Below, one piece after another: positions 24,901-36,100 of a stretch of DNA of 64,000 nucleotides. Source of the stretch: Setoptus koraiensis. Its lineage: Eukaryota > Animalia > Arthropoda. A program made the translations under genes and the position numbers. The stretch is taken from assembly GCA_048013815.1 (NCBI GenBank), contig CM106585.1, positions 20,894,001 to 20,958,000 on the forward strand. The letters run 5' to 3'. Position 1 is the first letter of the stretch, and each line of letters begins with the position of its first letter. The notes beneath the pieces were generated by a model. It did no database searches. It saw only the letters and a program-made list of their open reading frames with translations, and was not told the DNA's origin.

Positions 24901-25070
24901 TTTTTGCCTCACTAGTTACACACGGTGAGCAGGCGAACCGCAACAGGGTGACAGTCGCACCATTCGAACGCCGGCTAGACCGACGACTAATCAGCGCGAT
25001 GAATCAATGTTATAGTTAAATTAATGAAAATATTGTTACCAATGGAATCAACGGTTTTGTGGGCACAATT

Positions 25071-25393
25071 TTATCGACGCTTGTCTTGCAATGTAAGAGT
25101 GATCAGGGCGCTGAGCGTTTCACGCGGCGCGCAAAGGTGAGGAACACATCCTCGAGTCGAACACATCCTGGTGTCGCTAATGAGATATCTGAATTTGACT
25201 GCGGGCAGTGCGGCCTCTCGTTCCGCTTCCATCCATTCGAACAACTGCGAGCGCGTGATGAGGTCGTCGGTGACGCGATACACAACAGAATAAATGTTGA
25301 CATAATCCAGCGATATTGATGATGATCTTGCCATCAGATTGTGCGTCAATTGTTGCTGCAAATCGGCCACTAGCTTGTTGGCGCCAGTTGTTT
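25071..25393 (-). pseudogene. Open ~105-codon coding-like fragment truncated at its 5' end by TIR element B7
   Basis: ...SSSISLDYVNIYSVVYRVTDDLITRSQLFEWMEAEREAALPAVKFRYLISDTRMC...LQDKRR*; family not recognised. Confidence 0.35.
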
Positions 25394-25640
25394 GGGTGTT
25401 GTAGCGATTAATGCCCCAGTCTGATTTCAATGAAACTTCACACATGGGGTCCGTAGGGTCCAAAAATGATAACCTTGGTGGTCCGGAAGTGCGGAAACTT
25501 CCGGTTCCGGTTTTACATAAAAATTGAGATACGGACTTGAAACACTCTACACATCTAGATTTAAGCACGCAGGGTACGATACAGTAGATCTCAAGCCTGA
25601 ACAACTTCCGGCTCACAAGATATTCGGTGGAAATCGCTGC
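25394..25640 (-). mobile_element. Truncated TIR element B7 (one arm, no core)
   Basis: GGGTGTTGTAGCGATT terminus and CCGGAAGTGCGGAAACTTCCGGTTCCGGTTTTAC arm. Confidence 0.7.
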
Positions 25641-25704
25641 AAGGGCGGTGACGGGACGGAATATCGACCGAGTGCGTGCGCTAGCAGGCCCGTACTGATC
25701 AAAT

Positions 25705-26565
25705 CAAGTGATACTGATTCTATCAGTATCTCAAGCGCTTAATTTTTTGGATAGACGAGTATCGTTGGAATTTGGATGCGAGTATGTGACAACATGTCGG
25801 AAATGAACATCCATGCCTGTCAGATCAGAGTAGCCGAGAAGATGACAGAATGAATACAAGTTCTCCAAATTTCTATCGCAGCATGATACACATGTGGATT
25901 GCTTGCGTACGGAATTTAGTAAGATTCTTATGGTCAGTTTCGCCACAATGAGTAATTTAGTTAGACACACCAATTAGTCAATGGTGCACACTTTGTGACC
26001 ATCGAACTTCGAATTGTGACCATCGAACTTCGACAGAGCAGATGAAACTATCGTCAGAAAATCGAATTTTCAATTTCGAATTTCGAAATTCGAATTTTCA
26101 ATTTCGAATTTCGAAATTCGAATTATGACCCTCGAACTTCGACCATCGACCATCGAACACCAAACTACATCTACCGAACATGAAACAGTGATACGATTAT
26201 CTATTTCCAATTTCGAACTCTGACTGTCGAACTTAGAACACTGACCAACGAACTCCGAACGAGCAGCTGGAACTTTCATCAGGAATTCGAATTTTCAATT
26301 CCGAATCTCGATGTTCGAATTGTCACCACCGAACTTCTCACAAATTCGACCAAGTTAAATCTACATAGCATTGCATACGAAATATTTCCGAGTGAAGCGA
26401 AAATAGACTAAGTCGAATCTCCATAAGAATACATGTGTAATGTTGAGGAGAATTTCAGGATTTTCACAAATTTGACTAAGTCAGACCTCCATAGGATTAC
26501 ATAGTCACGTGAATAGATTAGCAATAAACACCAAACCAATAGCAACTTAATTAAAATTAAGCGCT
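25705..26565 (-). mobile_element. Complete ~860-bp HINE
   Basis: Reverse 3' end 25705-25746, TTCGAA repeats 25995-26340, reverse 5' end ending 26565 followed by an A tract. Confidence 0.8.
25995..26340 (-). repeat. TTCGAA-rich tandem array (diverged)
   Basis: Same unit family, reverse. Confidence 0.8.
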
Positions 26566-26579
26566 AAAAAAAGCCTGCG

Positions 26580-27129
26580 CAACTTCCGGTTCTCGAGATT
26601 CTCGCAGTTGGATGTGCAGCTCCACGATGAACAGTCCGTTCTTCTACTTACGGTCGTGTATGGATTGCAGTCATGTGAGCGGAGGGCAGAGGGAGCAGCC
26701 CGATACCCGAAGCGCTCATCAACCCTACCCGAAGGGTTCCCGCCGCACGCAGTCGTCGCGGGAGCGACGACGGAGATGTGACGGCCTCCAGACTACGAGG
26801 CCGCAGGCCGAGTTCTCAGACCCATCACATACTCATTCCTGAGCAAAGCGGAGCTCCAATTTCTCCGCTTCCGGTCTTCTTACGTCAAATATATCTGTAT
26901 ATCTAGAAAAACGGAAGTCGCACAGAGCTGAAAATTATACCATCATAACCAGCGTGGTCAGTAACGTCTCTCTAGTGAGTTTCAGACCTCTAGCTTTAAC
27001 TTCATGTAGAATCGGAACCGGAAGTTTCCGCACTTCCGGACCACTTTTCCTGATGGTTTTGGGTCAAGATGAACCTGTACCGGAAGTTTCATCAATATCG
27101 GAGCGGGGCACTAATCGCTACAACAACCC
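26580..27129 (-). mobile_element. Truncated TIR element B8
   Basis: Core at 26662-26816; arm ending CTAATCGCTACAACAACCC at 27129. Confidence 0.75.
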
Positions 27130-30100
27130 ATTTTTTTTATCTCCGGAACCGGAAGTTTCCGCACTTTTGGACCACGCCATGTGGAGCCCCTGCGCAGCCT
27201 GTGTGTGGAGTTTCATTGAATTCTGAGTGAGGAAAATCCACCATTTTTTCCAAAATTACTAAAGAACCAGGAGGTCTAGCCATACCAAATTTTCACACGA
27301 TTAACATACACACATTAGTCATCGTCTGAACTAGAATTAGCCATATTGTACAAAAAATAAATTTTTCATTTGACTTCAAATAAACAAAATTTTCATTTTC
27401 AAATTTTTCAGTTTTATAAATTTAATTTTCTCTGTCGGATCATTCTAATTCTAGTTCACACGATAGAAGCATCTGAGATGATTCATAATGAGAGGTCAGA
27501 TTTACTCGGACCGAAGGTATTGATCAGCTATTGCGTAAACAGTAGACATATACCCGATGCGGACCGACCCGACTTACTGCGCATGCTCAGAGAAGGGAGG
27601 GGCGGAACCCGAGGGGTCCCCACCATCAGATAGAGCACAGTCTGATGTGTCTGCCAGTAAAAGAATTGTGTGTGAGAGACAACCCTGTTGTGAGTAAACC
27701 CTGTTTGAATGCGCACGATAATTCAGGTTGCGTTCAACCCTGAGAAGTCGGATACCCCCTTAAGCCATCTGCGCATGGCTTCCGTAGTTTAGTGTAACGG
27801 CCTGTATTTACAGACACACTTATTAAGGGTGTTTCAATCGAAGGGCGAATTTTCATTCAATAAACTTAATACTCAAACATCTTAACTCGCTTTATGTCAA
27901 ATGCTGCGCACGTGGGGAGCCGAGCGAGTCTATTTCAAGGCGACTTCTCTCGCTCTGTAGTGATACAAACTAGCCAAGATGCGACAGCTACAAGCTTTCG
28001 CCAAACACTACGCAAGTTGCCTTTGACAAGTATGTGTGTTGGAGGCTGTCGATAACAAAAAGATAATAAAAAGATAAAACAGTCAGCAGACAGGTATCCA
28101 GACAAGAGCATGCTTTGTCGTTTCCGGACAACAACAACGACATCCGCTCAGTTAGTTTTTTGCCGCTATGTGTGATAACTAATTTTCAACTAAGTTTTGT
28201 GTGCAGCAACACAGTTTCATTAATACATGTTTTATGTACATACGTAACGTCTCCGGCTGTGGTAATGAGATTAAATCCATGCAAGCCAAGCAGACAACAA
28301 AACTTGTAGACAAACTTGACGCGTTCCCTACTTATCCGCTTGTCCACCTTACACGAGCCCTTCTTTTGCCGGCTTCGGCGAGCTTGTGCTTATCGGCAAA
28401 ACGGCAAGCTTTGCAAGTAGAACAAGGAAGAAACAAAAAAAGTAAACTTTTCACTACAATGTTTCTCTTTGTTTGTTGCTTGTTAATTCAATGATGAGGC
28501 GCGACAACAGATAACTCCGATAACGACCATTCACAACAGCTATGCACACTGCCAACAATATTGTAACCTTGTCCGCTTGCAGTGAAATGCCGTTCGTTTT
28601 GCTCGCCGGAGACGGTTGTTGGTAATTATGCGCGCTTCTTATCTTATCAGCATCAGCATTAACATCAGCATTAATATTAACATTGGTTAGCTGCATCGTG
28701 ACACATGATTGTGTGAATCGTTTGCCCATAATCACACCGTTGATGACATTATTATCTTGGAAAAGTAGAACTGTCGCAAAAATTGAATCTACAAATCGAC
28801 TGGCAACTGTCAGATATTGTGTCAGATGTTGTGTCTGGCTAATAGTTCGGATAGTGTCGGCCTAGAGGACAGACTGGCCACGACAGCTCGTTCAATGGTC
28901 TCGAACATGCAGATATCACATATAGAGATTACACTTTGTTATTTCGTATATTATTTGTTGTCCTTGTCGATCATCGCGACTCGTTGACAGCTCGCCTTGC
29001 TCTGTAACTCAAAACTTGTCACCACGGACACTATAAATTAGTTTGTGGTAAGTTTATTTGCGCAACAAGTCTTCGTTTGGTTAGTTAGTTCAGTGTCCGG
29101 ATGAAATTGGCGACAATCTCGCGTCGTTATTCGCTATGTTTGGTTGTAAGTTTAGTGGGCAGTTAATTGATTTCCGCCCAGGGTTCAATTATCAATCACA
29201 AACAACGTGTCATGCCTGCGAATACTCTCTGACATTGTTGTTTTTGTTATCGTGCATGTCTCACGGATGCATGCGATGCAAATTATCATTTATTGAAATT
29301 ACCATAATCACCATTACCAATTAGCTGTTTTGAGATAGTCGCTAACACATAATCAACTGCTTTGAGTATAATGTGAACGCGTGACAACATTCATGGGCGC
29401 CAAAGAGACCTTGTGGCAGATAAAAAATATCAAGCACTCAGTGAGCCCTGGCACGATATTTGCACCGATTTCGCTTGTGTTGCTGTTGGCAATTTGCACC
29501 ATCGGAGCAGACTTATTATTGGCCCAAATGGCAGTGGTGGCATTGAAATCGGACATTGGAGCTCGTATAGTTGTAGTACATTTGTTGTCAGTATATGCAA
29601 CGATGTGTTGGTCGGATAAAAACTGCTCGTTGTGATACTACTAACTGTTATTTTTGCTCGCTACTATTTGCCATTAATGGCCCACTAGTTAGATGGCGCC
29701 TTGGGCTACCATATAACTATTATCAGCGAGCTAACTAGTATTAGCGTGTTAATAGTGGTGCTATTAGGCTTGTCGTCGTGTGTTCATGTGACACTATGCA
29801 ATGCAAATTGGTTATGGTGCATGTAGAGGGGTAACGACGAGGCACACGACAAGCATACGCGACAAAACGACCAATGAATGCCCACATAATTGGTCTATTT
29901 TTTCAGCACTATTTGCCCAAAATGAAAAGAGAGACAGAGCGATATGTATATTTTGGCTGCTGCTGCTGCTGCAAAGTGACGAATATAGTTACAGCGGTAG
30001 ATTATGTATTAGAGAGAGATTCAATATACTTGCGATGGAGACTTTAATCATAACCCAATTGCTTTATGATGCGCAAATTATCCCATTCAACTGTTAAGCT

Positions 30101-33100
30101 GTTTTCACTAACTGTTAAGCTGCTTAGTCATTAATATATCTGCCGCATATAAAGTAAGTCGCTGCGGTTTGTCGCTATCGCGGCTGTGTCATGCCATGTT
30201 TTGACACACACACACACACACACACACGCTCGAGTTACATAACTGTTAGACGGGTCTGATACGTACGAGTGTGTTATGCAACCAAACAGCGGCTATAGTT
30301 ATGTAACCAGATAGCCGCAGACAGAGAGAGAGAGAGACATGAACAACCAACCAACACTTGCCTCTTTTGGGCCGTTCAGCTGGGCACAATGGGGCCCCTC
30401 GTAGGTGACTGGTGGCGCTGAGCATGCCGGCACAAGTTCACTGTGTGCCAGTCACAGCCATTTGGAGGCCATGTGAATATCGGCGCGATGGAACATGTGA
30501 ATATACCGGCCGACAGTGTGCCCGTGACGACGGAAGAGGAAGCCAAGAGAATGTGGCATTAGTATCATTAGGCGCATTACATAATGGCGCGCGTATGTGT
30601 GCGTGTGCGCGTTTGTGGATATCGCTGTTGTGCTAATAATAATCACTTTCGGCTGACAAGCCGGATGAAACTAACGGATCATCATTAAAAATGAAGGGGG
30701 CACCTAGGCGAGAATTATGGCCGCGTCGGGCCGAGCCGGGCCGGCTTGTTTCGGCGGCACAAGTCGATGGCAACACTATTATGGTACTTTGAAGATTGTG
30801 TGCAGTTGTTGCATTCAAACTTTCAAAGTGATCGTATCAAGTAGTGCCCACATAATGAATAAATGACGTCGGCCAAAAATAGTACTTTCCCTCAGCTTGT
30901 GACTCACAACTTGTGAGTGCGTGCGTGCTGGCCAAGCTAGCCAAAATGGAATATTTATTCCGCCATTTCTTTGCCTTGCTTCTTTTTTCCGCTTCAATCT
31001 TATCTTGATCTACTGTCTGGCCTCGCTCACGTGCTAGCGAGCCACCACGAATTGTTATGAATGAGAGCAGCCTGTAAAAGTATTACGGGCCGGCCAGACA
31101 ACCTTGGCTCTTTCTCTCGCTCTTTTGTGTTTGATTTTGGCCACGCCGGTCTGGGCACAACCCGTTCGACAAAACCGATTTTGTGCGGCAACAAGCGGCC
31201 CAACTTGAGATTAAGTTGTAGTAAATAATGGACAAGCCTCTCGTTGTAATAATAACGCCTTCTTTGGGCACTGGCCGAAGAAAATTCCGCCTCGTCTAAT
31301 AGAGGGCCTAATAGAGACTCTCTCTCTCTCTCTCTTTCTCCATTTCAATCGGCGCCTCTCTAGGTGCATTGTAAAATACTATAAATAGCCCAGACAAGAT
31401 TGATAGCCCCTCTATCTCTCACCACATCTGCTGCGAGACACCTTCTCGCTGGCGCTTGCACGCACTCGACACGCTGACACCTGAACCCTCAGCTTGCCAT
31501 TGAACCATTCAGCTTGATGGATTCAATGGCAAGCCGAATGTATTCAGTTATTATGCAAAGTGTTAGCGCACTAATAACTGTACTCACAGAAAATTCCAAT
31601 TGTCAATAATTTCGTTACGTTTCGCTTTTGGACTTAATATTTAAAAATTGGCTCAAAAGTGAGAGTGAAAGTAAAAAAGTTGTCCACAATTGATTGGCAA
31701 CGAGCAAGAAACAAAGCAGCCAGAAAAAAAGTTATACAACCAATGGGCCAGCAACTAGCCAGCTTGTGAACAGTGTGGCAGTGTCAATAAACCAATATGA
31801 TTGTTACTCACAATTTGTGAGACCAATCCGTGCCAAGTAGGCAGTTTATTTTGAGAGCGAGTCAGTTCTCAGATAAGTAACAGTCGAATAAAAAGCTAAT
31901 TCAATGAACGATATCGGTCAGATAATTAATTATTGCTATTCAATAGCATCTATTGCTATATGACTGGGTCCTCTCGTTCATTCCATTACGCAATCGGAAA
32001 TGGCGTTTAATTGGATTAGTATTATGAGTTGTTATTATTATTACATTATTATGTGTATGGTAGACACAATGGTGATGTTGCGTCAGTGAGATAGACACAA
32101 TTCAAAAACAATTATGCACTCATGGATAGTTGTTCAATCGCTCGATCGATGAATCGGCGAATGGGCGAATGGGCGAGTAAAATAATAGATAAATAAGCTC
32201 TCTTAGTGACTACATACTATTTGTGCACTAGATACTGGTAGTATGTAGCGCGTATTAATGTATAAAAGTAGCGGAATGGCGAGACAAGATAATGTGTTTT
32301 TGTTGGTGTGGTTAGATTGAGACATGTTGCATAAGCATTTTGGTGTTAATAGCGTGTTCATACTAAATACAGTGGGCATAGGTGCCGCTGTTGATGGCGA
32401 TGGGCACAATAAACAACAGCAAGCTTGGCCAGATATAATATGGGCATGATCATTGCTAGTCACTGTTGCCAGTGACTTATTGAGCTCGTCTAGCAGCAAA
32501 TATACATACTGTGTATATTGCATATGTGTATATACTGTACATATTGGTATATTGCATATAGTAATACAGTGAATGTAAGTCACAAATAATATTAGTCGAC
32601 TGCACAATAAGCAAATGGCATAATTTGTGAAAATGCGAAGGTGCTCAGATTTGGGGCGAACAACAACAGCTAACAGTTGTAAGAGATGGCTTTGCTTGCA
32701 TCTAAAGTGAGCCTACAATTTACAATTTATTTGGCGAGTGTTGTGCACACTGTATGTGATATCTAGGCCAATATATCTCTTATCTCATGGCAGCGATCTC
32801 ATCTCATCTCAGCTCTCTCGCATTCACTTTTACTCTCATCGCGTCTCATGGCGTCTCATCGCGTCTCATGGCGTCTCATCGCCGCTCATCTCGTCGCGTC
32901 CCATCTCATGGCATCGCTCGCTTTCTGGCACACAAACGCACACACAAAGAGCCAGTATTGATAGTCGACGCGATTCCCAAGATCATTTGAAAGAACTGCG
33001 CTAGATAAAGCCAGTCTCGAGACCATTAGATATCGCGGGCTGGCTGTTGGCAGCTTTTGTCACAAGTCTGTTGAGTGCGGCCGCCAGCGTGGACACATCT

Positions 33101-36100
33101 GGGCATGTCGCCGTGGGGCCAACTCGCCATCGGAGCGGCCGAGCCGGCCAACGGGCCAACGGTCAAACATCAAAACAAGCGAGCAAATGAGTGACTGCGC
33201 AGGCAAACAACTTATCGGACTTGTCAAACTTCTCGAGCCATCGCTGGCTAAATTTATCCATTGGCGCAGGCTAATGGATGGACGGGCCAATCGGCCGCTC
33301 GCCGCTCGCCGCTCAATGATAACAACAATTAAAGATAGACAATCCAGATAATGGCCAGCGACAGTGAGTGCCATTAACTGGGCCGCTGGCAACGCCACCC
33401 TCGGCTCGCACATAATGGGGCCCATCTGAATGCTAATGCCGTCTCACTTTGAATGGGCTGCAAATTTTGACTTGTTAATGACTGCGCCCCACGGAGCCCC
33501 ACGGAGCCCCACGCTGCCCCACGGCGCCCCAATGGAGCTTATCGGAGCCGTCGGGGCTCTGGCTTGTTGGCACATAAAAGTCACTAGTTTACACTCGTCC
33601 GCTACCAAAACAACGACCAATGGCTATTTATGCAATTGGCAAAACTCGAGCCAAGCCGCACAAAAGGCGTCGGCGTGGCGCACATTGTGGCACGTCGGCA
33701 AACAATTGGCTCGTTGCACAGATTTATATCCGCCGTTAGCCGTGCAGCCAGTAGCAATGGCAGCTTGACGAATTGCGAGCAGCGCCAGCCCGTCGCAGTA
33801 TAGCCAGACTCATCAAGATCGCGAGACAAGTGACTTGTATAAATCATTGACTTGTCGCTGCATGCTCTCATCTGTTACGGTGTGCAAGTGCCCCATCTGC
33901 AGATAAATCTCTGGATGGGCCAAGCTTGCATTGCACACAATTGGCGCCCTCCCGACAACAGAGAGAACAGATTCAAATGAGTGACACAACGCGCACAGCA
34001 GCTGCAAGCTTAAAATGTTGAGCTTAAAATAAAATGTGCGCTAGAACAACGACGACCAGCTTAAAATGTGAGCTGGTAAGGCAACTGCAAATCAAGTGTC
34101 AAGAGTTTGCCGAAAGGGGGCACAGCCACTTGCAACCAGAAGTTTAGAGTTTGCAGGATTGGTTGCAGTTTGCAACGCCAATTGCCGAGAGAAGCCAGAT
34201 AGCGAGGGCGCGCTTGCACGCGTTTGCACGCGTTTGACATTCGACAAACACGCAAACAATTTCATGCAAACAAATGGCAAAATTTAATAAAATGAGTAAC
34301 GCGCGCAAAATAGTAACAATCGAGTTTCACTTGTCGCTGGCCAGCAATAATACAATTCGCGCAACAGCCCATTGAGTCGGCGGGGCCCCATTTCAGCGAC
34401 CGCTGGCTCATATTGCTGACAGGTCGTCGCTGCCGGGCTGTGGGCTCGTGGGCTCGTGGGTTCGTGGGCTCGTGGGCTCGTGAGCTTGAGACTCTCAAGT
34501 TGAGAGTGAGACATTCAATTTCGGTGTTTTGTGTGCGAGTTTGTCTTTTGAATTGTGTGCATTGTCTTACAATCTCAATGTTGCCGATAGGAGAGTCGCC
34601 ATCACGTTGGCCGATGAAATGAGCGATGGCGAACCGGCCACCGTTTCCTTTTGCTGGCCTTAGCTTGACAAAAAACAAAGTGGCAATTGGTTCGCGATGG
34701 TCCGGTACAAACACACAACAAGTTTGAATGCAAAACAAACTCGTTCAGTCCGAGGAGCGCGCTATTTTTTACTGCACTTCTAGTTACCGGCAACCGGGCT
34801 AATCTATTCAGGCTAATATATTCAGGCTAATCCATTCAGGCTAATCTATTCAGGCTAATAGTGGCCCCAACAAGCGGCCTACGCGCCCAGCCGGCATGCA
34901 CGGGACACCGCTAATTGTTTTCCCTAGGACAACACCGCCGCTTGGTTTGTTTGCCCGCACAGCCAGCAACAATCGCGGCTAGCGACTTCGCTTGGGGCTC
35001 TCCGCCGTCGAACGTGCCTCGTTGCATGTGCCTCGTTGCATGTGCCTGAGAGGGCTTTTTCCCAGAAATACCAACCAATGTTGTTTCAGGATATTTCGGG
35101 ATATTTCGGGATATTTCGGGACATTTCGGGACATTTCAAGATATATCAGGATATTTTAGGATATTCAAGTTGCAAGATGAAAAATGCAAGCGAAAAAAGG
35201 GAAATATCGAAAAGTGTCGCCGTTTGAGAACAGCTCCAATCAACTGATTGTGTCACTGTGATTGTTGATTGGCCCATCGGCTGCTCGCATCAGCCAATTG
35301 ACATTGGTGGTGCTGAGCTACCTTGTACTAACAACAACATTTAAATCAAACAACCGCGAGGCCAACTAACTCATATGGGCCCCTAGCTGCGTTTGCGCAC
35401 TCGCTATAAGCGCAGCTAGGCATGCGTCAAGTTAATGTTGTTGGCTGTTGGCTGTTGTCGTTGTTGATCAAAGTTGTTGCTTTGTGTTTGTGATAAATGT
35501 CAGTGTTGCAGTTAGTTTACAACGACCACGAGTGTGTGCTTGCTGTTGCATTTGTGTTTTGCCTCATTAGTTATCGCTCAATGTATTTGTTACGTTGTAA
35601 CTTGGTGGTCGCCCCTTAAAACACGCAAAACATCAAGATGGTTGTCGATGAAACAATAATTGCTATCAGCTTACCCACGCACAACATTCATCGTCAACAT
35701 ATTTGCTCGACTAGTGACGCTCTTCTATTTCATGACCATTCATTGCGATGAATCAAATAAAACAAAATCACACAAAGCCAAAAGATCAACACAAATCAAC
35801 AGATAAACAAGACAAGTAATCAAATGTTACAGATATAGCAAAATCATTTGCGCTGACTGAATCAAAATGACACAACAAGTCGCATAACAGCAACAGTGAC
35901 CATCGTTAGTACAAGCTCTCAATTAATTAATTAATAATTATCTGCAGTCAGATTGTTGTCAGTATTCGCTTTGCTACAGGAACAAATTTCGAAAAAGGCC
36001 AAAGGAAGAGTTTGCGGCCCAACTTGAAAACTAAACTTCAACAACGAACAAAGGGCAAAAGTCCGTCTAGCACCATTGTTATTTATCACATTTAGCACAG

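Larger units (their letters stand above)
10490..27300. mobile_element. Nested cluster of non-autonomous Helentron-type elements (HINEs) and 7-bp-TSD TIR elements
   Basis: Ten HINE 3' ends (plus: 11040, 13072, 15422, 15723, 16601, 24900; minus: ~15792, 19386, 21608, 25705), five intact 5' ends (13350, 15839 plus; 20725, 24202, 26565 minus), eight full or partial TIR elements; sharp loss of the microsatellite-rich style of the flanks. Confidence 0.85.

Noticed and set aside
12437-26816. CRISPR-like or Fanzor omega-RNA reading of constant core + variable segment
   Set aside because: Copies are dispersed in separate transposon insertions in both orientations, the core is hundreds of bp from the element end, and no nuclease ORF is present. 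Kept only as a generic cassette hypothesis.
28300-28735. Possible secreted peptide precursor (hydrophobic stretch plus a later ...EAGKRR motif)
   Set aside because: No credible splice donor joins the two frames, and the leader is not a proper signal peptide.
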